Program-made: the position numbers and the translations under genes
Notes under the pieces: model-generated
Told to the model about the DNA's origin: nothing
The model's input: only the letters and a program-made list of their open reading frames with translations
The model's database searches: none
Shown: positions 13,401 to 22,288 of the stretch, piece after piece
Numbering within the stretch: position 1 is the first letter of the stretch
Layout: each line of letters begins with the position of its first letter
Source: Phoronis australis
Taxonomy: Eukaryota > Animalia > Phoronida
NCBI GenBank assembly: GCA_002633005.1
Contig: NMRA01000032.1
Location: forward strand, 159,044-223,043
DNA: 64,000 nt
Reading direction: 5' to 3'

Positions 13401-16400
13401 GCGATCTCGACTGCCATAATGAAGACTTCGACATTGTGTTCTTCACTAACGATCTAAACGTTTTTTTTATCGTCGAGGTATTAGAGAATACCTGGTTTCA
13501 CGAGTACAACTCGAACGCACTAGAATCGATGGAAGGACACGCCCCTTGTCAGATCCTACAAAGAGAGTGTCCCTCATACTACGAGGCACATCACGGGTCT
13601 GAAACTTCTTGCGAGCAAGGAACATTCACTGATAATAACCATGGCGTCGCTCTGACAAGACAAGGAGGTGCAGTCAAACGTCATCAAAGAGTAATTGTCA
13701 CAGAACTGATTATTCTACAAAGTCTGTGCAATTACTACACTAGCCTTTTCCTATGCAAGCGCTGATTCCAAAATCTGGGCTTGCTATGGCCATGAACACA
13801 TACACCGGTCAATGATTTTGGAGAAGTGGAGTGAAAATATAGAGACCGAACTTGTTGGAGCCAAGATTGCCGATGCTCTGGAATGTTCTAATTGTCAGTT
13901 CATACCGCCAAGGCCTCAGACAATGGGGCTGAGTGATGTAACGGAGGCCAACCACTGGTAAATAATGTGGGCCAGATCTGCTCCTGGAGGAATGCCCAAG
14001 AGACCGATGGCTTTGACCAGTACGCCATCTCATTGAAGGATTTGAATTAAATCTTTCATGTGAAGGCCGCCACAGCCTGGGACTAGAAATGGGTTGAGAA
14101 TACGAAGCGCAAGTTACGAAGATTCATGGATACTTCTCTCTTAATTCGCGACAAATTTAGATCTACATTAAAAAAGTGTATAACAAACGTTAACTCAGGC
14201 CGCAGAAGGAATTGTCACTCAGACATTCCGCAGGAGCTCATCTGACGCACAACACCCCCCCACTTAAGGAACCTTTATCTATTGTACCTCATAATCCATG
14301 TACACCCTGTCCATGGTTGTGAGTGACTACTAGGAGCCCTTACGGTATATATCGATGGGGAGTGGTATGAGTTCCGTCCTGTGATAACTGTTTGGTGGTC
14401 AGCTCTTTATTACCTTAATTGCAAACTGGTCCAGCTCCTGATAGTCATCAATGTTGAACACTTCTTTCTTCAGGCTCGGTGTTGGGAATGGATGAGGCAT
14501 CAAGTTCTCGTCAAGTTCCACTTCTAAGTTGCGCGCCGTGTGCACGTTCTGTCGCTCTTGAAGGACAATGTGTGTGGGGAATTCATATGGCTTAGGCAGC
14601 TTCTGACTGACTATGAACGGGTTTTTCACCTTGGCCGCCTTGGGCACTCGTGTGGTCAGTGCTAGGCGGTTCGCCTTGAACGATAAGTAGAGGTGTGTGT
14701 AGACATGATGCATAATTGCATGCACATCCCAACTCAAGAGAATTCCAAAGTTTCAACCAGATCAAGTGCAATTTGAGTTGGATGAATTACATGAATTTAC
14801 GTTTTACTGGATATGTTTCAAAAACTAAGCAAACGTAATACACTGGAGAGCATTTGGTAATTAAAATTGCTAATTCTCCTAACATTAAGCGAAGAATACA
14901 CGGTCACTCAGCCTTCGTTGTCACTCCTTCTTCAAGCTCGCCCGTTCACGACAGCTTGTAAACAAAGCCGCAGAAACTGAGCATAGTACACTGTAGACTG
15001 CTGTGGTAACTACAATAGCGTTCTGTTTTGTTGTTTTGTAGTGTAAAAATAACAGTAGTAATATCCAGTTGAATTCAGTCGAAAACTTTTATTTATATGA
15101 CACATTACCGATAAATCAACAGGATTTGTCTGCCTACAATCCGGGACCGAAGTCAAAGCCAAAAACGCATCAAAGTTGGTCAATTTAGTCATACCGTTAT
15201 TATGAATGGCAGTCACTACTGGGTGAAACGGGGGTAAACCGAAAATTGGCTACAATAAATAAATATCTATGAAATACAGAAAACCAGGAAAACAGGTGTT
15301 TAGAATACAATCTCAAATATCGTCTGCTCACCTGCCATTCCACGGAAATAAAAGCTAACTTTGATTTGGGGTTCAGCTTTGACGAATTCGAATGGGTAGA
15401 ACTGAATTTGGAAGAAATGTCACAGCTTCAGGTAGCCAGTGAGAGATATGTGGACCAAGTTGACGAAGTTCATAGAATCGAAAAGAAATGAAAACAACAA
15501 GAAAAACGCGAGTGACTGTTGAAACCTGGCTTTTCGGTGTCGTTGTGTTCATACGGGTATTGGCCAAACAGGAAGTAATTAAAGGAGAATGCCACCAAAA
15601 TCAACGTATTTTGTATCAATTTAGATCGAGTAGTTCCACTCGACAACAGCAAGTTCAACTATTTTATCTGAAATTAACCAATGAAGTCATTAGCTTATAA
15701 CACAATCTGTTCATCAGTTCACAACGCGCTTACTGGTGTCACTTTATCGCTTGACTTCATCGCTTTACACCAATAAATCATCAAAATTCAATGCAAAACC
15801 CTTAAAATACATTCCGTTTTTACACACACGACTTGTTTTATTTCGCTGTTACGGATTCGTAGAAATTTTGAACGTTCCGTAGCCTACAGATTTCGGTAGG
15901 CCAACTTCAGTAGGCCTACTGAGGTCTGTCGCGGGAAGTTTGGATCTGTTCGGTGATAAATTAGAATTATTTTTCCGTGAAATACAGACAGGAGAGTATA
16001 TCCGTGTATTGTAATATTTGGTTAGTAGTGCTTTATCGGTTCTAAAGAAACAAAACGCTCGTTGTAACCCAGTGGCTCGGACCCCGATTAGGCCTGTCGC
16101 CGGCGACCCCCCATCTCGAACATAAATCAGCCGGGTTAGTTGGCTGCCAAAGTTGAAAATTAAACTCCCAGTCACGAAATGACTGGACTAGTGACTCAAA
16201 GAAATAATGTGCACGTGAATATTCTGGCAAAACGCCGCAAAATTGCAAATCTACTTATCTGCCGAGGCCGCGAAGCCCCTTAGTTCCAAAAACCGTAGCG
16301 GGCAAAAGGTGTACAATAACAATGATTTGAATAATGTATATACATGTCGTATATATCTAAATAAGGATTTCATTAACGTCTGACCAAAGCATTCAAAAGC

Positions 16401-17318
16401 AATTTATTGTTTCAAAGTAGCTTTCTGTCTGCAAACACTGAATTAACGAGTTAGTTTTAGTGCATCTGAAGCCGGTAACGCAGTGTGGTATATTCATTGT
16501 TGGTTTCTCAAAACATTTGCACTCACGAACACTCCAAAGGCATTGTAAATTGTATCTACTAAGGCAGTTTTAAGAGACACTTTGTTTCAGTTATATTCAA
16601 CATTGGTTAGAGCGAGAATAATTCCACACTTGGTATTAACGGCATGCTTTTCATTCTTAACTGCCGCGAACGACTTCCCAAGCATTTCGGATTCTCGAGA
16701 AAATCAGAAAAGCGATATACCCGATTTTCTCGCAGCTTCATGGTTCGTCACAATTAAGCGGGAACGATACGTGGCACACACTCAGCTGAAGAACCACTGA
16801 CGTCGCCGCGTCGTGTACTCACCTTCCTCACAGGTTAACACAACGCTTACCTCTAGGCGAGGTGTGATCTACCGTATGCGAGGTGATGTGGATATAGACC
16901 GATTAAGATGGTAAAAACAACGAAATGAATCGGGTGGCATTCTCCTTTAAGACTCAACGATGATCTTAGTATGTGGTATCAATAAGTTTGCTGCCGTGAG
17001 TATTTTCACGCGGCCTTCGGCCTCATGAGAATGCTCACACCGCACATCAACCTCGGCTAATAACACACTCATATAAAACACGTGTAGTTTAACGTATATT
17101 TAGTCTCTTTTTCTGCACAGAATTCAAGCGAATCGCTTCACCTCTTCACTTATAGTTTATTTTGATAAAATCACCTCGCCGCGTATAATAGTAGTGACAC
17201 GTTGCAAGAAGGGTGTCTCTTCTTTTAAAATTCTGCCTGTGTACAACCCTCAACGTTAACCTACCTGGGCTTTCGCCGGAGCGATTTCCAGCTTCATTTT
17301 GGAAAATTTGCAGCCCAT
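4201..17318 (-). CDS. Hillarin/KY (kyphoscoliosis peptidase)-family transglutaminase-like protein, ~1367 aa, 10 coding exons
   Basis: Phase-consistent GT-AG model: 17318-17265, 14674-14414, 13135-12900, 12653-10871, 10541-9570, 9410-9350, 9228-9064, 8437-8331, 8145-7972, 4491-4201. Family motifs EKVRVLFRWVTAQDL, W.AVLID..WRLIDPHW, YNEFYFLTDPVEFIYTHLP.DPRWQLL; three Ig-like repeats (GLYKLELYG, GMYGFGIYA, GQYHLKLHG). Confidence 0.85.
5200..6655 (+). mobile_element. Decayed non-LTR retrotransposon (CR1/L2-like) ORF2 3' fragment
   Basis: ILLFADDLALLAE at 5411 (RT YADD-box variant), KILVFRN near 5511, NERICLCCYMN*IEADRHLL at ~6351-6410 (C-terminal Cys/His motif), aataaacaaac tail at ~6644; many stops and frameshifts. 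Confidence 0.75.
5776..6033. repeat. 28-bp minisatellite, ~9 copies (ttgttcaacacatctcagctgttgcaac)
   Basis: Directly visible; period 28 (e.g. 5841 vs 5869); no spacers. Confidence 0.95.
7972..8145 (-). CDS. Hillarin/KY-like exon 9 (first half of dynein-MTBD-like domain)
   Basis: 174 nt, ANALIESLQRINNLNKELMKASEAELMEIRGLRDPPACVRDVVVATLLLLSEGERNTR; tttcag acceptor, AGG/GTGAGT donor. Not in the supplied ORF track. Confidence 0.82.
8331..8437 (-). CDS. Hillarin/KY-like exon 8
   Basis: 107 nt, phase 1-0, tttccag acceptor, GAG/GTAAGT donor. Confidence 0.8.
9064..9228 (-). CDS. Hillarin/KY-like exon 7
   Basis: 165 nt, phase 1-1, (D)EEFVVLRRALEVATKLGDETAIKQAM...LLKTLN. Confidence 0.8.
9350..9410 (-). 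CDS. Hillarin/KY-like exon 6
   Basis: 61 nt LHTLDDLRDKMDLGGIQIST, aaacag acceptor, GTAAGT donor, phase 0-1. Confidence 0.8.
9570..10541 (-). CDS. Hillarin/KY-like exon 5 (long coiled coil)
   Basis: 972 nt, phase 0-0, E/K/Q/R/L-rich heptad-like sequence; GAG/GTCAGT donor. Confidence 0.88.
10871..12653 (-). CDS. Hillarin/KY-like exon 4 (transglutaminase-like core plus Ig-like repeats)
   Basis: 1783 nt open exon overlapping ORF 10718-12469; ttttcag acceptor, CAG/GTAAAC donor. Confidence 0.92.
12900..13135 (-). CDS. Hillarin/KY-like exon 3 (start of transglutaminase-like domain)
   Basis: 236 nt, ttgtag acceptor, GTGAGT donor; EKVRVLFRWVTAQDL motif. Confidence 0.9.
14414..14674 (-). CDS. Hillarin/KY-like exon 2
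   Basis: 261 nt, ttcaag acceptor, AAG/GTAATA donor; ends PHPFPTPSLKKEVFNIDDYQELDQFAIK, typical of the segment preceding the KY/hillarin core. Confidence 0.8.
16996..17038. repeat. Imperfect hairpin with a cTTCGg loop, probably a repeat relic
   Basis: gtgagtattttcacgcggcc-ttc-ggcctcatgagaatgctcac; 20-nt arms with 4 mismatches. Confidence 0.55.
17265..17318 (-). CDS. Hillarin/KY-like exon 1 (MGCKFSKMKLEIAPAKAQ)
   Basis: ATG at 17318, 18 codons, donor CAG/GTAGGT, phase 0 matches the next exon; MGCxxS acylation motif. Confidence 0.7.
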
Positions 17319-18762
17319 TTTTGTCACGGCATGTTTTCAGCTAGGAACTTAGCTATAGTGGCGAAGACTTCCGTTATGTGAAAATGATCTCTCATCGGAG
17401 AGCAAAACAAGCATCAAATCCGGTTGTATTGAACATTCTGCTGTTTTAATTCACTTGAAACATCAGCCACACTATTGTCCCTGTTGAAAATCAACCCATA
17501 TTTTTTTGTAAAAACTAAACGATATACGCACACTTTAGATCACGTTCTTTGCTGAAATCACACTCAATCTCACGATTGTTGATGCTGATATCGCAAATAG
17601 GTTATTCAGGCTTGATCACGAAATGACGGCAAGGACCTTAGATGATATCGAATGAAGCCTATTCACTCTGACGCTCATTTAGTACGGATCCAAAATGGGC
17701 AGCACGAACGATATATGGAGCACTGACCGTCAAAGAAGACGCACGGACACAAATTGTCAAAGCGGCCACAATTGTCTCACCTTCTGAACTATGACATTTT
17801 CTAGTCATCACGGGTGGTTGAAATTATCACAATTGGTCCAGTCTAACAAGGTTTCCTTGTGCCAATTTGGGCCTGAGTGGGGCATACACAAGACACCGAC
17901 CCCGAGATATTAAGACCGGGCTGAGACCAGAAGCACGACGTTACCGTAGTTGAGACTTTTTTGATTTCATCATCGCGCCACCATGAAGTTAGAGTATGCA
18001 TCGTAACGTAGAACGATCGTAATAAGTACACCCAGAACATGTACTTGCTGTAAACAAAAGACCATTCTGAAAACAGTCAATGGGTACGCGCCGAATACTA
18101 CAGATATTGTTTTATTTACCTGTTTCAGTTTTCAGAAACTCCCTACGCCGTTATCCTTGAGACGACGAAAGTCACCTAAACAAAGTTGAAGCGAGTATCG
18201 TAGGCCCCTAGATATCACTGACCTCATCCCCATCCCCATCCAAAGCTCTAGCGTAAAGTAACAAGAGTATGACGTACATGTGTTGCAGCTGCTTCTGCTT
18301 GTGACGCACGCATTATTTACGTGTTGTTCGGGACATACATGTATGTCGAAATATGACTGCCTAGAAATCGGACCTGACATTCTAGGTTAATGCTCTGGAG
18401 GGGGGTCCAGGGCAGTTGGGTCATGCCCCTTGCATGGTTGCGCCCGTATTTTATGTTGGAAATCCCCTGTACTAGGCTGAACAGATTTTGAAATCAACCA
18501 ATTACCACCAGAATTGAGGGGCAATGGAGATAGGTAATGTTAAGAGAGGTGGGAGCTATTGTGGACCAAAACTTGCAGATCAAGTTCCCGATTATTTAGC
18601 ATTCTCACAATGGATTTTGTATACTGGTGAAAAAAAGTTAATACCGAAAGTACTGTATGTGCTTCCCACTTAAGTGTATTTTTACATTATAAGACTCGCT
18701 GTGGTGGCGGATTGATAAACTGATGTACATACTCTCCGGCAACACTTGGGCGTCCATTTTTA

Positions 18763-18921
18763 CCGTAATCGTTCGGGTTAACGCCCATGCTCAGTTAACC
18801 GCCCATCCCCGACTTTAGGTGGATTTTCGATTTAACCGCCCACTGCTCGGTTAACCGCCCTCCCCCGATTTTTTGGATTCGCCCATTTAACCGCCCAGGG
18901 CGTTAACCCGAACGATTACGG
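18763..18921. mobile_element. 159-bp MITE, Tc1/mariner-type, TA target-site duplication
   Basis: Perfect 24-bp TIRs ccgtaatcgttcgggttaacgccc / gggcgttaacccgaacgattacgg flanked by TA (18761-62, 18922-23); internal ttaaccgccc repeats. Confidence 0.9.
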
Positions 18922-19659
18922 TAAGTCTACCACAAAACCACAGAACACATAAACACGCATGTTTATTTCCTGAAATAACTTCCACTCATCTGACCACAAC
19001 TGCTTTATTTTCGTTATATAAAGGAATACAATTCTCTCACTTTTGTGAATAAGCCATACAATACGACTACCGTTATTTCACTTCCTGGCATGACGGGAAG
19101 CAGTGAACAAGCTGGATAACTCCCATGAAAAAACAGTCAATGTCAAATTAAGTCAAACATTTCTAATTAAAGCAGATTCGGGACTTTTGCTAAGCCTAAA
19201 ATGCTGTTCAAGCCCAGTCCTGAAATACACGGAGTGTTTATAAAATATATATACTTAAAAAATAACTCAAATCTATTTGGTAAATGGAAATGAAAAATAA
19301 AAATGGTTGTCACTGAAACACAAGCATGATAAGAATAAGTCCCATAGAACAGATTACGCCATCTAGTGTAGGTGACAACATACCCTCCACTTACTATTAT
19401 TACTAAACGCATTTGCCAACAGAACCCATGATTCACCAAACAAAAAAGTCGAGAAAATGTAAAATTAAACAAATCTTCCCTAGATCATGGACACCTACCA
19501 AGCATTTGAAGGAAATCAGTTGATCACACAACCTCTTCTCATAACTGTCTAGGGTCTATGGAACACAACTGGAGTATCACAGACTTTAACAAGAGCTTCA
19601 TGTATCTAGTTCAAAACATCAGCTTCGGTGCAAGTTAAAAAACCTAAGACTCTGGAATA

Positions 19660-20945
19660 AATAACAAGAGCAAAGCGGAGCGTTGAAATGCGCCCACAAA
19701 TGCATTGCAAATGGTGTGCTTTTACGGTTATTTATTTGTATCATAAAAATGGCCACTAGATGGCACAAAACATACAATCCATTCAAAAACAGGAACATGC
19801 CATATTTCATAAAAAACTTTCAAGGAACTTAAGAGAAACAAAGGAAAACAGTGTAACATGAAATTGCCACTAGTGGGCACAGTGTCCGTTGGATCCGCCT
19901 GAAAGCCATCGTGGTCTGTTGTTATCTTCATATAAATACATTTACTAAATTTAGTAAAGATCCTGCAGTGGGTTTAGGCGATATAACCATGGGCGCAAAA
20001 CAAAACTACCACTAGGAGGCGCTACAGTAGTCAGTCACCATCATCAAAGGTCGTCTTCACACTGAGAACATATACGTCAATTTTCAAATGATTTGGTTGA
20101 TTCAGGGGTGGACGCCAAAAACAAGATTTGAAAACAGCAAAAATGGCCACAAGGTGGTGCAAAATACCTCGATTCCATCCAAAAACAGAAAGATAGCGTC
20201 ATCACACCAATAGATACCTATATTTAAAATTTTATGACAATTTGGTGAGGATCTTTGAAGATACTGAGTTAAACGTAAAAAACTAAAATTGCCACTAGGG
20301 GGCAAAACAGTAGTTAGATCTGTCTGAAAGTCGTCGTCATCTACATTCAACATCATATAAATACACTTGCTAAATTAAGTAACGATCTTGCGAACGGTTT
20401 AGGAGATACAGCCACAGGCGCAACAAAATCAAAGCTGCCACTAGGAGGCGCCACAGTAATTGAAATAGGAAAAGCATCGGCAACCATCCTCTTTATAGTA
20501 AGCACAGACATGCCAATATTTTCACAATCATCCTTTGAGCTGTTCTGTTGATAGAGGAGTAGACACAAAAAAGACTCGAAAACAGTAAAAATGGCCACTA
20601 GGTGGTGCAAACTAAGTCGAATCCATCCGAAAATGGGAGGATAGCGTCATCACACTAATAGGTGCCTACATACCAAATTTCATGAAAATCCGTACAGGAC
20701 TTTTAAAGATACGATGGTAAGCATAAAAAAATAAAATTGCCACTAGGGGGCACACCAGTAGTTGAATCTGTCCCAAAGTTCGCTTATGCCGTCTCATTCA
20801 TGAATGGAATACATGTTCCAAATTTCATGAAACGGTTTTGGAGATAGAGCAGCGGACGCCGGACTTACGCCGGACAGACGACGCCTGGACGGACGGAGAT
20901 GACGGCATAATGCGTTCATATGTAAGTATGTGGGCGCATAAAAAA
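19660..20945 (+). mobile_element. Non-autonomous Helentron/Helitron-like element with internal ~145-bp tandem units
   Basis: Subterminal inverted repeats ATGCGCCCACA (19688-19698) / TGTGGGCGCAT (20929-20939), ggac microsatellite near 20850-20900, repeated CCACTAG(G/A/T)NGGC cores; related copies at ~30475-31432 and ~2890-3330. Superfamily assignment is inferred from structure only. Confidence 0.65.
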
Positions 20946-22173
20946 TTGTCAACAGTGCGAATATAAGAATCAACGAGAAATTTACAAAGTAATAAAGCAC
21001 AACAAGTTCTTTGGAATGGAAGGGTGATACAAAAAAACGTGAAAATAAACATTCACTGAGCTCAAACAACCCTAAGGTGTTTTTGAGGCACAAGAACGGT
21101 TTCAAAACTAAATCAAGCAAGTTTGAGTCACCGTTTCACAAGAAAAATTCAGGGACACATTACAAAACTAGAAGACATACACTAATTGTTCATCTTATGA
21201 GCAGTATAATATGGTGGAAAAACTAAAAAAATAATTTGTTAGGAGTCTAAGCAATTGTTGACTTACTCCCTACTCCATACCTACATATAGGGCTAAAAAA
21301 TTTAATTTACTTCAATATGAAATTGTCGCTTGGGATTGTCTACGCTTAAACTCTAAACTCAGAGCATCAAACTGCGAAAATAGAGATAAAAGAATAAATC
21401 ACAACTGTTATTATTCTATTCTAAAATATTGACCAGGCCTAATGAGTGCAATAGCTTCGAGAATATTCAAGTAAGATGAGGGGTTGTATCGGAGTTCCCC
21501 AGCCCACATATTACCCCATCCCCTGACCCCCAACCAACGTTACCCTGTCTCTGTGTTACAAGTAACAAGTCCCAATGTTCCTCCGACACAATGTCCCCCT
21601 AAGCTTACTTTCCTCTGTACCCCCCACATGGTGTTTCCCCCAAAACGATGTTGTCCTGGACTTATTGCTTGATTAATGGCCTCATTCGTTTGCCAGTCCA
21701 AAAGTTGAAAATAAACAATGTTGAAAGCATTAACAAACTGGAATTATTTGCACCTGATGTGCGACAAAACATCATCATTTAATGATAAGGGGCAGTTGGG
21801 CTCAGGACACATGGAGTGTGATAAGGAATAGCGGCACTGAGGACTCCAGTGTCAGAGCCTCATGATGGAGTAATATCAGTGGGAGGGGGATACAGGAGCC
21901 AGGGATAATCAGCATGACGCTATAGAGACCCCTCCCTAGCGTTTATGTCACAGTTGCCTCAATGAACTATCACTGCTATTGCCAAAATCCTTCTAATCAA
22001 CCACGTAACTGTCCACACCCAGGTGAATGAAGAAAGTTCCGCGTCACTATTGTCGTTACAAGTAACACTAACTATCTACACAATAAAGATTAAGGCAGCC
22101 CCCTTTGTATAGTTTTGAATTCTGACACAGCTGTCTCAAACTGTTGGCACTGGTATTATTGTTATCCTGCTAA

Positions 22174-22288
22174 TCAACTACGTGAATACCCATGGAGATG
22201 AAGACAACTCCCATCACAGTCCTGACACAGTTGTCTCAAAGTGGCGTCGCTATCCACCGAGTAGGGCTCACTGTCCTTGGGGTGATAC
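22174..22288 (-). CDS. NCF2: NCF2-like exon 7 (PB1 C-half, stop)
   Basis: ttgtag acceptor, phase 2: (W)YHPKDSEPYSVDSDATLRQLCQDCDGSCLHLHGYSRS*. Confidence 0.8.

Noticed and set aside
13322-13765. 147-aa + strand ORF in intron 2
   Set aside because: GTG start, no recognisable domain or convincing splice context.
19728-20610. Mutually similar short minus-strand ORFs suggesting a peptide family
   Set aside because: Similarity comes from the tandem units of a non-coding repeat; frames are not maintained.
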